Both the position numbers and the translations under genes were made by a program. A stretch of 64,000 bases of DNA. Source: Gammaproteobacteria bacterium. GTDB lineage: Bacteria; Pseudomonadota; Gammaproteobacteria; Pseudomonadales; Azotimanducaceae. The stretch covers positions 1,492 to 65,491 of the forward strand of contig JAURCQ010000001.1 of NCBI GenBank assembly GCA_030828335.1. Direction: 5' to 3'. The first letter of the stretch is position 1. The number at the start of each line of letters is the position of its first letter. Below the pieces are notes generated by a model. It saw only the letters and a program-made list of their open reading frames with translations, was not told the DNA's origin and searched no databases. This document shows, piece by piece, positions 51,401-64,000 of this stretch.

Positions 51401-51962
51401 GCCCACGCGCCTATCGGAGCTGAAGGCCGATCGCGGTGCGCAGCTGGTGGCGGGCCTCGTGGTGGATCTCCGGGTGGTTCGCACCAAGCGCGGGGACGCC
51501 ATTCTCTTCGCGACCATCGACGATCGCAGCAGTCGCCTCGAGATCCTGATCTCCGGGGAAGTGCTCGATGCCCATCGGGAAAAGCTGGTGAAAGATGCGG
51601 TGCTGCTTTTTGAGGGGGAGCTGTCCTTTGACGATTTCTCCGGCGCCCTCCGCATGCGCCGATGCCAGGGCGTTTTCTCCATGACCGAAGCGCGGCAGCG
51701 CTTTGCGGTCGCCCTCGAGCTTTGCGTCTCGCAAAAGGGCGAAACGCTGGGGTTTGCGACTCAGCTGGCGGAGGCGCTCGCCCCCTACCGGGGAGAGGGC
51801 TGTCCCGTCGCGGTGCACTATCGTCGCTGCGATGCCGAAGTCCGACTTCGCTTGTCCGACGAGTGGCGGGTGCTCCCCAGCGATGACCTCCTGGAGCGGC
51901 TCCGGGAGCGCCTTCCTGTCGACCGGGTTGCCCTGCGCTACCCTGAGCACCGTGGACTCTAA
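48483..51962 (+). CDS. dnaE: DNA polymerase III alpha subunit
   Basis: 1159 aa with a PHP domain ([15 protein letters not shown]), a polymerase core ([27 protein letters not shown]) and an OB-fold at the C-terminus. GTGA overlap with rnhB. Confidence 0.95.
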   Translation: MTAPPFVHLRVHSEYSLIDGLVRVKPLVARCEALAMPAVGLTDHNNLFALLKFYGAARSAGVKPIVGCDLALRDEKGGLSQVTVFVENATGYGHLTRLISDAYLAPERASAVAVAKAALLAHNEGLLLLLGRHSPLGALVEEDAASFDGALGPWQEAFGDRLFFELTRTGRAGEESWLTAAMLASARRGVPVVATNDVRFLEADDYEAHETRVCIHEGRVLGDPRRPRRYSEAQYFCSAEEMQARFEDIPEALSNTVVIAQRCNLTLSLDTYYLPEYPIPEGETLEGYFRRTSWEGLAARLARLPALPEGGEQGRKAYEARLQEELDIICQMDFPGYFLIVAEFIAWAKDNGVPVGPGRGSGAGSLVAYALGITNLDPLAYDLLFERFLNPERVSMPDFDVDFCMEGRDRVIGHVADLYGAGAVSQIVTYGTMAAKAVVRDVARVQGKPYGLADKLSKMIPFEVGMTLHKALEQEPTLKAFVAENEEVSEIMDMAFSLEGLVRNIGKHAGGVVIAPGQLTDFVPLVTDEQGALMTQFDKDDVERAGLVKFDFLGLRTLTIINWALEAINVQRAAQDALPLDIDAIPLDDDRVFGLLKRAETTAVFQLESRGMKELIKRLLPDSFEDIVALVALFRPGPLQSGMVDDFIDRKHGRATVTYPHPALEPILSNTYGVILYQEQVMQIAQVLAGYTLGGADLLRRAMGKKKAEEMAKQREIFLTGAAAQGIDGSVASPIFDLMEKFAGYGFNKSHSAAYALVSYQTAWLKYHYPAPFMAAVMSSDMQNTDKIVVFIEEARQMGLTLRPPDVNHGAYRFQATAEGEIIYGLGAIKGVGEGPIDAIVTRRTEAGPYEDLFDLCRRVDARRLGKRVLEALIRAGALDSLAPRTEAGPAHRGALLAQLDEALQAAEQALRNDAAGMGDLFGGLEAPAAAPGLPVVRPLSEHERLRGEKETLGLYLTGHPIDSYEEELRAMVPTRLSELKADRGAQLVAGLVVDLRVVRTKRGDAILFATIDDRSSRLEILISGEVLDAHREKLVKDAVLLFEGELSFDDFSGALRMRRCQGVFSMTEARQRFAVALELCVSQKGETLGFATQLAEALAPYRGEGCPVAVHYRRCDAEVRLRLSDEWRVLPSDDLLERLRERLPVDRVALRYPEHRGL

Positions 51963-53304
51963 AGCGTCCCTGCAGCGCCTGCTTACAGCCCTAGGGACGG
52001 CCCTGGCGCCTCCGCCAAAGGGGCTCTGGGTCGCCTGCTCCGGGGGGCTCGATTCCCTCACGCTCCTTCACGTAACGGTGCGGCATTGCCGGGAGGCGGG
52101 GTGGGCGCCCCCGGGGGTGGTGCACGTGAATCACGGGCTTGCTCCCCACGCCGATCGGGCGGAGGCCGAAGTGCGACGGGTTGCCGTAGCCCTGGGCCTC
52201 CCCTGGCATGGCGTTCGCGTATCGGTGCGTGCGGGCGCGTCGGGGCTCGAGGCCGCGGCCCGGGCCGCGCGCTATGAGGTCTTCGAAGCCCTGCTGAGCG
52301 TGGGGGAGGCGCTGCTCCTGGCGCACCACGAGGACGATCAGGCCGAGACGGTCTTTCTTCGCTTGCTCCGGGGCGCGGGACTTGGGGGCCTGGGGGCCAT
52401 GGCGCCGAGCCGGCCCCTTGGCCGGGGGCGGCTCCTTCGCCCCTGGCTCGCCGAGCCCCGGGCGCGTCTTGAGGCCGCTGCGGAGGGCCTGGCCCTTACG
52501 CCCGTAGAAGATCCGAGTAATGAAGATCTGCGCTTTGACCGCAACTTCCTTCGCCGGGAGATTTTCCCAACGCTGGCGGCCCGCTGGCCCGGGTTTCCGC
52601 AGCGCGTTGCCCATAGCGCGGCGGTGCTTCGGCGGGCAGCGGAGGCTCAGGCCCTTCCCGGGGGGGCAGAATTGGCGGGCGCGGGGTCCCTAGCGCTTCA
52701 GGATTTACCTCTCGGTCTCGAGGCGCGGGGCGATGCGCTGGTCCGCTGGCTTCGGCACCGGGGTGTGCGGGTGCCGAGCCGCGCCCAGCTCCTCGCCTTC
52801 TGCGCGCAGCTGGAGGCTCGGGAGGATGCCTTGCCCCAGCTGGACCTTGGGGTGTGCAGCCTCCGGCGCTGGCGCGGTGCCCTTTGGTTGACGCCCCGGC
52901 TGCCCGCGCCGGATACGGAAGCCCGGCCCCTGGCGCTCGGCCGCTGGCCCTTCCCCGGGGGGACGCTCGAGGTGCGGGAGGTGGAGGCCGGGCGGGCGCC
53001 CTTCGCCCTGGCCCCGGGGGCCTTTCATGTTCGCCAAGGATCTTTGCCGGGGCGACTACGTCTTCAACCGGACCCTTCTCGGCCCCGGAAAACCGTCAAG
53101 GCCTTGCTACAGGAGGCCGCTGTCCCGCCCTGGCAGCGCCCCTATTTGCCCCAGCTCTGGGCGGGAGATCGTTTCCTGGGTTGGCCCGGGGTGGCGCTGG
53201 CGCTTGAGGGGGAGGGCGTGAGGGAGGCGGCCTCGGGCGCCGGGCCTAGATGGGCGCTTCATTGGCGCTTCGAGGCCCTCGACGGGGCAAAACGCGTTGA
53301 ATAG
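51952..53304 (+). CDS. tilS: tRNA(Ile)-lysidine synthase TilS
   Basis: PP-loop VACSGGLDSLTLLH, LLLAHHEDDQAETVFLRLLRG and a C-terminal TilS domain. The GTG at 51952 overlaps the dnaE end by 11 nt, and the exact start is uncertain. The 51703 track start lies deep inside dnaE and I rejected it. Confidence 0.8.
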   Translation: MDSKASLQRLLTALGTALAPPPKGLWVACSGGLDSLTLLHVTVRHCREAGWAPPGVVHVNHGLAPHADRAEAEVRRVAVALGLPWHGVRVSVRAGASGLEAAARAARYEVFEALLSVGEALLLAHHEDDQAETVFLRLLRGAGLGGLGAMAPSRPLGRGRLLRPWLAEPRARLEAAAEGLALTPVEDPSNEDLRFDRNFLRREIFPTLAARWPGFPQRVAHSAAVLRRAAEAQALPGGAELAGAGSLALQDLPLGLEARGDALVRWLRHRGVRVPSRAQLLAFCAQLEAREDALPQLDLGVCSLRRWRGALWLTPRLPAPDTEARPLALGRWPFPGGTLEVREVEAGRAPFALAPGAFHVRQGSLPGRLRLQPDPSRPRKTVKALLQEAAVPPWQRPYLPQLWAGDRFLGWPGVALALEGEGVREAASGAGPRWALHWRFEALDGAKRVE

Positions 53305-53369
53305 GGCGGGTTCCGCTGTTAGGCTGGCCTCCCATCTCCGGCCCGCTATTCCAGCGAGTCTCCTCATGA

Positions 53370-55022
<1,653 letters not shown>

Positions 55023-55039
55023 GCGCAGCTGACCAGGAG

Positions 55040-55888
55040 ATGAGCATGGAACTTTGCGGATTTAAGGTGGGCCCGACCGAGCCCCTGTTCCTCATTGCGG
55101 GGCCCTGCGTGATTGAAAGCCAGGCCCTGGCAGAGGAGACCGCCGGGACCCTCAAGGCCCTTACGGCGCGCCTCGGCATTCCCTTCATCTACAAGTCGAG
55201 CTTCGATAAGGCGAACCGCTCGTCCCATGCGAGCTATCGCGGGCCGGGCCTCGAGGCGGGGCTTAAGGTGCTTGAGCACGTCAAGAAAACCTTTGATCTG
55301 CCGGTGCTCACGGATGTGCATGAAGACACCCCCATGGAAGAGGTGGCCAGCGTGGTGGATGTGCTTCAAACCCCTGCCTTCCTGTGCCGGCAGACGAATT
55401 TTATCCAGCGCGCCTGCTCCGTGGGCCGCCCCGTGAATATCAAGAAGGGACAGTTTCTGGCCCCGGGGGATATGGCGAACGTGGTGGATAAGGCTCGGGC
55501 CACGGGCAATGAGGCGATCATGGTGTGCGAGCGGGGCGTGAGCTTTGGCTACAACAACCTCGTCTCGGACATGCGGGCCCTGTCGATCATGCGGGAAACG
55601 GGGGCGCCGGTGGTTTTCGATGCCACCCACTCCGCGCAGCTTCCCGGGGGGAAGGGTACGGCGTCCGGGGGCATGCGGGAGGTCATCCCCGTGCTGGCCC
55701 GTGCCGCCGTGGCGGCGGGGGTTTCCGGGCTGTTCATGGAAACCCACCCGGACCCGGAAAAGGCGCTGTCCGATGGGCCCAACAGCTGGCCCCTGGGGAA
55801 GCTCGAGGCGCTGCTTGAAACGCTTCTGGAGCTAGATCGGGTGGTGAAGGCGCGGCCCTTTGCCGAGGACGCCTTTCGCTCGGCCTAA
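55040..55888 (+). CDS. kdsA: 3-deoxy-8-phosphooctulonate synthase
   Basis: [28 protein letters not shown] and FDATHS motifs, in the conserved pyrG-kdsA-eno order. Confidence 0.9.
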   Translation: MSMELCGFKVGPTEPLFLIAGPCVIESQALAEETAGTLKALTARLGIPFIYKSSFDKANRSSHASYRGPGLEAGLKVLEHVKKTFDLPVLTDVHEDTPMEEVASVVDVLQTPAFLCRQTNFIQRACSVGRPVNIKKGQFLAPGDMANVVDKARATGNEAIMVCERGVSFGYNNLVSDMRALSIMRETGAPVVFDATHSAQLPGGKGTASGGMREVIPVLARAAVAAGVSGLFMETHPDPEKALSDGPNSWPLGKLEALLETLLELDRVVKARPFAEDAFRSA

Positions 55889-57565
<1,677 letters not shown>

Positions 57566-57569
<4 letters not shown>

Positions 57570-58294
57570 GCACGGCGCGGCGCTGGGTGGTGGTACCGGC
57601 TGCGGGGGTGGGGCAGCGCATGGGCGGTGCCGTTCCTAAGCAGTATCTTGATCTGGCCGGACGGCCCCTCCTCCACTGGACGCTGGAGGCCCTGGCGCCC
57701 CTGGGCGCGGAGGCCATCCTGTTGGTGGTGGCCCCCGAGGACCCCTATATCGAGGCCCTGGCGCCGGCCCTTAAAGCCCGCGTTCCTGGCCTTGAGATCC
57801 ACCGCACGGGCGGCGCTAGCCGAGCCGCATCGGTGGCGGCGGGGCTCGCGGCCTTGGCGCACCGGGCGGCGTCAGAGGATTGGGTTTGGGTGCACGACGC
57901 GGCCCGGCCCTGTCTTGGTGCCCGGGCCTGCGCGGCGCTGCGCGCCGTGGAGACGCTCGCCGAGGACGGGGCGCTCCTGGCCCAGCCCATGGATGAGACG
58001 GTAAAAACGGCGACGGCGGGCCGGGTGCAGGGCACGGTAGATCGCTCTACCCTCTGGCGGGCGCAAACGCCCCAGGGGGCGCGCTTTGCTAGCCTTGCCG
58101 AAGCGCTGGCCCGCGCCCTTGCGGAGGCGCCGGAGGCCATTACCGATGAAGCCTCGGCGCTCGAGCGCCGAGGCCTTGCTCCGCGCATCGTTCCCGGGGA
58201 GGCCAGTAACCTCAAGGTGACGCACCCGGAGGACCTCGCGCTGGCAACCTTTTGGCTTCAACGACACGGACGGTGGACCCCTACATGCGCATAG
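57566..58294 (+). CDS. ispD: 2-C-methyl-D-erythritol 4-phosphate cytidylyltransferase
   Basis: [13 protein letters not shown]...PKQYL motif, VHDAARP. ATGA overlap with ftsB. Confidence 0.9.
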
Positions 58295-58776
58295 GTCACG
58301 GCTATGATGTTCACCGATTCGGAGACCCTTTGCCCCCGGACGGCGTGATTATGCTCGGGGGGGTCCCCGTGCCTGCGGCCCGGACTCTCGTGGCCCATTC
58401 CGACGGGGACGTGCTCCTCCATGCGCTGTGCGATGCGCTCCTCGGGGGGGCAGCCCTGGGGGATATTGGCCATCATTTTCCCGACACGGACCCGGCCTTT
58501 GAAGGCGCGGACAGCGCACGGCTCGTGGAAGCGACGGTGGCGGCCGTCCGGAGAGCCGGCTTTGTTCCTCACAACGTCGATCTGACCCTGGTGGCGCAGC
58601 GCCCCCGGGTCGCGGCCCATGTGCCGGCCATGCGCGCCCGCATTGCTGCGCTGCTGGGCCTCCCGCAGGGCGCGGTGAACGTCAAGGCGACCACCACGGA
58701 AGGCCTGGGGGCCGTGGGGCGAGAAGAGGGGGTTGCCGCCTACGCCGTTGCCCTTCTTGAAGCTGCGCATGCTTGA
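58285..58776 (+). CDS. ispF: 2-C-methyl-D-erythritol 2,4-cyclodiphosphate synthase
   Basis: [12 protein letters not shown]..., [18 protein letters not shown] and GDIGHHFPD. The ATG at 58285 overlaps the ispD end by 10 nt. Confidence 0.95.
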   Translation: MRIGHGYDVHRFGDPLPPDGVIMLGGVPVPAARTLVAHSDGDVLLHALCDALLGGAALGDIGHHFPDTDPAFEGADSARLVEATVAAVRRAGFVPHNVDLTLVAQRPRVAAHVPAMRARIAALLGLPQGAVNVKATTTEGLGAVGREEGVAAYAVALLEAAHA

Positions 58777-59767
58777 GCCGCGCTTTGCCCTTCCCGATGC
58801 CTGGCCCCAGGACCGTGCCCCGATCCTAGCTTCGCTGCTTTACGGAACGTCCCCGGAGGCCTTCGCCGTCGAAGAGCGGGGCGCCCCCCCGCCCGCGGCC
58901 GCCGAGGGGGCTCACCACTGGGCCCTTTGGGTCGAGAAACGTGGGCTCTCCACGGCGGCGGTGGCCTCGGCCCTTGCGCGCTGGGCGGGCTGCCCAGCGA
59001 GCGCCGTAGGCTTTGCGGGGCAAAAGGATCGCTACGCGGTGACGGGGCAGTGGTTTACCGTTCCCCGGGGGGTGGCCGATCCGGAGCCGTCCCTCCCGGA
59101 AGGGGAAGGATGGCGAGCCCTACGGCTCTACCCCGCCGCCAAGAAATGGCGCCGGGGAGATCACACGGGGAATGGCTTTCGCTTGCACCTTGCGGGCCTT
59201 CCCCTGGCGGGCGCCGCCCTGGAGGGGGCGCGCCCCGCAGTGCAGGCGCGTCTTCTCGCCCCTATCGCCAATTACTTTGGTCCCCAACGCTTTGGGGTGG
59301 GCGCGGGAAACCTCGACGCTGTGCAGCGATGGCTGGCGGCCGGTGCCCTGCCCCGGGGCGTGCCCCGAAGCTTTGTCTTCTCCGCCGCCCGAGCCTATCT
59401 TTTTAATCGCCTGCTGGCGGCGCGCGTTACGCACTTTGGTCTGACGACCCACGCCGATGATCACTATGACGAGGCCGGCGTGCCCACGGCGCCCCTCTGG
59501 GGCCGGGGGAGAAGTGCTAGCCGGGGCGCCATGGCCGAGCTAGAGGGCAGCGTCCTCGAGCCCTACGGTGATCTCTGCCATGCCCTTGAGCATGCGGGGC
59601 TCCGCCAGGATCGCCGAGCGCTGTGGATTCGCCCCGAGGCCGTCCACTGCGAGGCGGCGGCCCCGCAGCAGCTTCTGCTGAGCTTTGAACTTCCCCGGGG
59701 GAGCTTTGCGACGGCGGTGCTCGCCGCCCTCGGCCCCGCGACCTGGCGCCCGGCGGAGGCGGCATGA
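58769..59767 (+). CDS. truD: tRNA pseudouridine(13) synthase TruD
   Basis: [16 protein letters not shown] (catalytic Asp context) and NYFGPQRFG motifs, in the conserved position after ispF. The ATG at 58769 overlaps the ispF end by 8 nt. Confidence 0.85.
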   Translation: MLEPRFALPDAWPQDRAPILASLLYGTSPEAFAVEERGAPPPAAAEGAHHWALWVEKRGLSTAAVASALARWAGCPASAVGFAGQKDRYAVTGQWFTVPRGVADPEPSLPEGEGWRALRLYPAAKKWRRGDHTGNGFRLHLAGLPLAGAALEGARPAVQARLLAPIANYFGPQRFGVGAGNLDAVQRWLAAGALPRGVPRSFVFSAARAYLFNRLLAARVTHFGLTTHADDHYDEAGVPTAPLWGRGRSASRGAMAELEGSVLEPYGDLCHALEHAGLRQDRRALWIRPEAVHCEAAAPQQLLLSFELPRGSFATAVLAALGPATWRPAEAA

Positions 59768-60426
59768 CCGAACCCAATTTCGAAGGCATTGGCTTTACCA
59801 GCCGCCGTACCCGGGACCGCTTGATCGGACGGCTCGAAGCCGCGGGGATTGGAAATCCGGGGGTGCTTGAGGTGATGCGCCAAGTGCCTCGGCACATCTT
59901 TATCGACGAGGCCCTGGCGCACCGGGCCTACGAGGATTCCTCCCTGCCCATCGGTCACGGGCAGACCATCAGCCAGCCCTATATCGTTGCGCGCATGACC
60001 GAGCTCCTCGTGGCCCAAGGGCGCCTCCAGCGGGTTCTAGAGGTGGGCAGCGGCTGTGGTTATCAAACCGCCGTCCTCTCCCAGCTGGCGGACCGGGTCT
60101 GGACCGTGGAGCGCATTGGGCCTCTGCTGACGAAGGCCCGGCGCCATTGGTCCCAGTTAAAGCTTCGCAATATCACGGCGCGCCTAGGGGATGGCTTTGA
60201 AGGGTGGGCCGACCGCGGCCCCTTTGATGGGATTCTGCTTGCGGCGGCGCCCCGGCAGGTGCCGCGAGCATTGCTGGAGCAGCTGGCCCCGGGGGGCGTG
60301 CTGGTTGCCCCCGTAGGGGACCGGGACGAACAGGTGCTCGAACGGCATTGGCGCGAGGGGGCTGAGCTGAAATCCGAGGTCCTCGAGGCTGTGCGCTTCG
60401 TTCCCATGCTCGGGGGGACCGCCTGA
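59764..60426 (+). CDS. pcm: Protein-L-isoaspartate O-methyltransferase
   Basis: RHIFIDEALAHRAYEDSSLPIGHGQTISQPYIVA and the SAM motif VLEVGSGCGYQTAVL. ATGA overlap with truD. Confidence 0.9.
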   Translation: MTEPNFEGIGFTSRRTRDRLIGRLEAAGIGNPGVLEVMRQVPRHIFIDEALAHRAYEDSSLPIGHGQTISQPYIVARMTELLVAQGRLQRVLEVGSGCGYQTAVLSQLADRVWTVERIGPLLTKARRHWSQLKLRNITARLGDGFEGWADRGPFDGILLAAAPRQVPRALLEQLAPGGVLVAPVGDRDEQVLERHWREGAELKSEVLEAVRFVPMLGGTA

Positions 60427-61349
60427 TGGGCTTCTGGGGCGTTGCCCTGAGGGGTTATGCCATGGGCGCTGCGGAGCTCGTGCCTGGGGTTTCCGGGGGC
60501 ACCATTGCCTTTATTTCTGGGCTCTATGGGCCGCTTTTAGCGAGCCTAGCGGCCTTCGACGGAACTTTCCTTCAGCTGCTGCGCCGGGGCGACCTGGGAG
60601 CCGCCTTCGCCCACGTTCATGGGCGCTTTCTGCTGACCCTCGTGCTCGGCATGGGCGCGGCGATCCTCTCCCTGGCGGCCCTCCTCAAGTTCCTGCTGGC
60701 CACCCAGGCTATGCTGCTTTGGGCCTTCTTCTTCGGCCTGATCCTCGCCTCTGCGGTCCACGTGGCGCTTTCCGTAGGGCGCTGGGGGGCGCTGGAGGGG
60801 GCGGCGGCGACCCTGGGGGTGATCGTGGGCGCTTGGCTCACCGTGCTAGGGGGAAGCTTTTCCCTCAGCGATGGTCCTCTGGCCCTATTCTTCGGCGGCG
60901 CCCTGGCGGTGTGCGCCTGGATCCTGCCCGGGGTATCGGGAAGCTTTCTGCTCCTGGTCCTAGGCCTCTACGACCGGGTGCTGGGGGCCATCGCCGGAGT
61001 GGTGGTTCCCGATCTTCTCGCCCTGGCCGCGGGCTGCGGCCTGGGCCTTTTGCTTTTTGTTCGCCTATTGCAGCGCCTGCTCCTGACGGCGCGTAAGGCA
61101 ACCCTGGCTGCGCTGGGGGGCTTTATGTTTGGCGCGCTGCAAATGCTCTGGCCCTGGCAGCGCATCGAGGCCTATCAGCTTGGCCGGGACGGCGCCATGC
61201 GCGTACTGCGCTCCGAGCCTCTGGGGCCAGGCGCCTATGCCCAGTTCTATGGCGAGGATCCCCAGCTCTGGGCCGTGGCTGGCCTCATGTGCCTGGGGGT
61301 CGCCGTGGTCTGGGGCCTGGCGCGAGGTCAGGGTCATGACAGCGCCTAG
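60426..61349 (+). CDS. DUF368-family polytopic membrane protein (family recently linked to undecaprenyl-phosphate translocation)
   Basis: The duplicated signature motifs MGAAELVPGVSGGTIAF and ILPGVSGSFLLLVLGLY are characteristic of DUF368, and the protein has about 8 hydrophobic segments. Confidence 0.75.
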   Translation: MGFWGVALRGYAMGAAELVPGVSGGTIAFISGLYGPLLASLAAFDGTFLQLLRRGDLGAAFAHVHGRFLLTLVLGMGAAILSLAALLKFLLATQAMLLWAFFFGLILASAVHVALSVGRWGALEGAAATLGVIVGAWLTVLGGSFSLSDGPLALFFGGALAVCAWILPGVSGSFLLLVLGLYDRVLGAIAGVVVPDLLALAAGCGLGLLLFVRLLQRLLLTARKATLAALGGFMFGALQMLWPWQRIEAYQLGRDGAMRVLRSEPLGPGAYAQFYGEDPQLWAVAGLMCLGVAVVWGLARGQGHDSA

Positions 61350-62094
61350 GGTCCTGGCGGCCCTCGTGCTGGTTGCTCTGCTCTCAGGTTGCGCCTCTTC
61401 CCCGGCGCCCGTCGCCGACCGAGGCGATCGCGCAGCGGCCTCCGGTAGCCGCTACACGGTGCAGAAGGGCGATACGCTCTATTCCATTGCCTGGCGCGCG
61501 GGGCTGAATTGGAAAACCCTTGCATCGCTCAACGGCATCGGCCCCCCCTATCGCATCCAGCGGGGCCAGGTGCTTCAGCTCCGGGCAACCCCTTCCAGGG
61601 TCCGCACCGCCTCTGCCCCTGCGCCCGCTCGAAGCGCGCCAAAGCCAACGCCTTCACGTTCGAAGGCCCGCAGCCCTAAGCCCTCGCCGATGCCCACGCC
61701 TCCGCCCCTGAAGGGGCCGCTACGCTGGGCCTGGCCCGTGAGCGGCACCCTAGAGCGCCCCTTTGCGGGGAGCGGTGCAGCGCTCAACAAGGGGCTCGAT
61801 ATTCAGGGGACGCCGGGGAGCGTGGTGCGTGCGGCGGCGCCGGGGGTGGTGGTGTATGCGGGCGCTGGGCTGCGCGGTTTTGCAGCGCTCATTATCGTCA
61901 AGCACGATGACACTTGGCTATCGGCCTATGCCCATAACGCGGAGTCTTTGGTGAAGGAGGGGGCGCCGGTGGCTGCCGGGGCTAGCTTGGCGCGCCTAGG
62001 GCGGGGCGCCCAGGGCCAGCGCTTGCATTTTGAGCTGCGGCGGGACGGAAAGCCGATTGATCCCCAGACCGTGCTGCCGAAGGGCGGACCCTAG
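61336..62094 (+). CDS. nlpD: Murein hydrolase activator lipoprotein NlpD (LysM plus degenerate M23 domain)
   Basis: Lipobox LLSGC, LysM ([29 protein letters not shown]), a Pro/Ser-rich linker and an M23 domain (NKGLDIQG...VVYAG...[13 protein letters not shown]). The ATG at 61336 overlaps the DUF368 gene end by 14 nt. Confidence 0.85.
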   Translation: MTAPRVLAALVLVALLSGCASSPAPVADRGDRAAASGSRYTVQKGDTLYSIAWRAGLNWKTLASLNGIGPPYRIQRGQVLQLRATPSRVRTASAPAPARSAPKPTPSRSKARSPKPSPMPTPPPLKGPLRWAWPVSGTLERPFAGSGAALNKGLDIQGTPGSVVRAAAPGVVVYAGAGLRGFAALIIVKHDDTWLSAYAHNAESLVKEGAPVAAGASLARLGRGAQGQRLHFELRRDGKPIDPQTVLPKGGP

Positions 62095-62414
62095 CGCTCG
62101 AGGTATTGCAGCTTGTCTGGAACGCCGTTCCATTCTTCCGCGTCGGCGGGGGCGTCTTTCTTTTCCGTAATGTTCGGCCAGATCTCGGCGAGCTCAGCGT
62201 TAAGCTCGAGGAAGGCCTGCTGATCGTCCGGGAGCTCGTCTTCGGAGAAAATCGCATCCACGGGGCATTCGGGCTCGCACAGGGCGCAATCGATGCACTC
62301 GTCCGGGTGGATGACCAGGAAGTTGGGGCCTTCGTAAAAGCAATCTACCGGGCACACCTCGACGCAATCGGTGTGCTTACACTTGATGCAGTTATCACCT
62401 ACCACAAAGGTCAT
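62091..62414 (-). CDS. fdxA: 7Fe ferredoxin (Azotobacter FdxA type)
   Basis: [51 protein letters not shown] gives [3Fe-4S] and [4Fe-4S] Cys patterns, 107 aa. It lies next to mutS, as in Pseudomonas. Confidence 0.9.
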   Translation of the reverse strand: MTFVVGDNCIKCKHTDCVEVCPVDCFYEGPNFLVIHPDECIDCALCEPECPVDAIFSEDELPDDQQAFLELNAELAEIWPNITEKKDAPADAEEWNGVPDKLQYLER

Positions 62415-62492
62415 TGCGTCTTCCTTCGCTTAAAAAGTCGAGGGGCCTGAATTTGGGCGAGCGCTATTGTAGGAACTCTTTCCCCGCAGCGT

Positions 62493-64000
62493 CTATACGC
62501 CCTGTTCCTCCGATAGGGCCCGGAGCTCATAAAGCGCGAGGAGGGCTTCCCGGGGGCTTAGGCTATCGGGATTGAGGGCCGCCAGGGCTGTGCGTAGGGG
62601 GTCCTCGGGCGGTGCGAGCTCGCTACTGGGCGGCGCCCCGGGGCTCTGGAACAGCCCGAGCTGGGGCGTGTCTCCGGCGCCCGCTTCCAGCTGGGCCAAA
62701 TGCTTTTGTGCGCGGCCCAGCACGGCCTGGGGCACGCCGGCCAGCCGGGCGACGGAGAGGCCATAGCTTTGGCTCGCGGGGCCTTCTTCGACCTGATGCA
62801 AAAACACGATGCGTCCCCGGTGCTCTTGAGCTTTCAGGTGCACGTTAGCCACCCCCGGGACCTGCTCCGGGAGCGCCGTCAGCTCGAAGTAGTGGGTAGC
62901 AAAAAGGCAAAGGGCCTTCTTCTGTCGCGCGAGGTATTCAGCGCTTGCCCAGGCGAGGGCCAGGCCGTCGAAGGTGGAGGTGCCCCGGCCGATCTCATCC
63001 AAGAGCACCAGGGACGCCGCCGTGGCGTTGTTCAAGATATTGGCTGTCTCCGACATTTCCACCATGAAGGTCGATCGGCCCCCGGCAAGATCGTCGGAAG
63101 CGCCGATGCGCGTGAAGATGCGGTCGAGGCGCCCTACCCGAGCGGCCCGCGCCGGCACCCCTGCGCCGGTCCAGGCGAGGAGGGCGATGAGGGCCGTTTG
63201 CCGCATGAAAGTGGACTTCCCCCCCATGTTCGGCCCAGTGATGATGAGCATCCGCCGGTCATCGGTGAGCTCAAGATCATTGGGGATAAACGGGTCCTCT
63301 CGGGTGGCTTCGACCACCAGGTGGCGACCGCCCTCGATGTGCAGCTGGGGCGTTTCGCAGAGGGTCGGCGTGATCAAATCGAGGGTCCGGGCGCGCTCCG
63401 CCAAGGTGCACAGCACGTCCAGCTCGGCGAGGGCTCGGGCCAGGGGGCGAAGGGCCCCGAGGGCTTCCTGCAAGGTGCCCAGCAGCGCCTCAAAGAGCCC
63501 CTTCTCCCGGGCCAGAGCCCGGCTCTGCGCCGAGAGGGCCTTGTCCTCAAAGGCTTTGAGCTCCGGTGTGATGAAGCGCTCAGCGTTCTTTAGCGTTTGC
63601 CGTCGCACCCAGCTGGCGGGCGCGGCTTCCGCGTCCCGGCGGTTGGTCTCTAGGTAATAGCCGTGCACCCGATTGTAGCCAACCTTTAGGGACGTCAGGC
63701 CCGTGCTCTCTCGCTCCCGCGCTTCGAGCTCCGTCAGGAAGGTGCCCGCATCCCGGGCAAGGCTGCGCAATTCGTCGAGTTCCGAATCAAAGCCGTCGGC
63801 AATGACGCCCCCATCCCGGAGCACGACCGGGGGATTCTCTACCAGGGCGCTTTGGAGCAGCGTTGCGAGGGTCTCCTGCGGCGCCAGGGCGTCCCGTAGC
63901 GCGGGGAGGCGAGAGGGGGGCTCGGTCGCCTCAAGGGGCGGGAACTGGTCCTGCACGGCAGGCAGCGTCAGGAGTGCATCGCGGAGCTTGGCCAGATCTC
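62493..64000 (-). CDS. mutS: DNA mismatch repair protein MutS, C-terminal ~500 aa; N-terminus lies beyond the window end
   Basis: Walker A ([15 protein letters not shown]), [18 protein letters not shown] and ATHYFELT. The frame stays open upstream of the track's internal start through position 64000 (...[18 protein letters not shown]...). Confidence 0.9.
   Translation of the reverse strand, partial: DLAKLRDALLTLPAVQDQFPPLEATEPPSRLPALRDALAPQETLATLLQSALVENPPVVLRDGGVIADGFDSELDELRSLARDAGTFLTELEARERESTGLTSLKVGYNRVHGYYLETNRRDAEAAPASWVRRQTLKNAERFITPELKAFEDKALSAQSRALAREKGLFEALLGTLQEALGALRPLARALAELDVLCTLAERARTLDLITPTLCETPQLHIEGGRHLVVEATREDPFIPNDLELTDDRRMLIITGPNMGGKSTFMRQTALIALLAWTGAGVPARAARVGRLDRIFTRIGASDDLAGGRSTFMVEMSETANILNNATAASLVLLDEIGRGTSTFDGLALAWASAEYLARQKKALCLFATHYFELTALPEQVPGVANVHLKAQEHRGRIVFLHQVEEGPASQSYGLSVARLAGVPQAVLGRAQKHLAQLEAGAGDTPQLGLFQSPGAPPSSELAPPEDPLRTALAALNPDSLSPREALLALYELRALSEEQGV

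Overview
This window is a visibly GC-rich (by eye, not computed), densely packed stretch of core chromosome. Its gene order matches well-known gammaproteobacterial housekeeping blocks of the Pseudomonas / E. coli type. I can support 57 protein-coding genes, two of them truncated by the window edges, plus a few regulatory or structural sites.

Gene order, left to right:
- GntR-regulated RND efflux operon
- hspQ, ygfZ, sdhE-ygfX, nadB
- rpoE-rseA-rseB-degP
- lepA-lepB-rnc-era-recO
- rlmD-relA, adk
- an AlgP-like Ala/Lys-rich histone-like gene
- moeA, tsaB-rsmJ
- a long minus-strand run: map-glnD-dapD-dapE-hypothetical-gspN-gspC-gspD-plsB
- rpsB-tsf-pyrH-frr-uppS-cdsA-dxr-rseP-bamA-skp-fabZ-rnhB-dnaE-tilS
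- pyrG-kdsA-eno-ftsB-ispD-ispF-truD-pcm-DUF368-nlpD
- fdxA and mutS

I found no rRNA, tRNA, CRISPR array, transposase, integrase or phage genes, and no obvious accessory or defence island. I do not see a convincing novel multi-gene system here.

The observations most worth a second look:
1. Genes that normally sit inside these conserved blocks are cleanly missing: lpxD/lpxA/lpxB, accA, surE, rpoS, rseC/mucC and pdxJ.
2. The packing is extreme, with about 20 start/stop overlaps and three convergent gene-end overlaps.
3. An uncharacterised 124-aa ORF appears translationally coupled to an isolated gspN-gspC-gspD module.
4. A DUF368 membrane protein is wedged between pcm and nlpD.
5. A histone H1-like protein gene sits behind an AT-rich upstream region.

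The many long ORFs in the supplied track that lie antisense to recognisable genes are GC-rich frame artefacts. All functional calls rest on my recognition of motifs and synteny, not on database searches.
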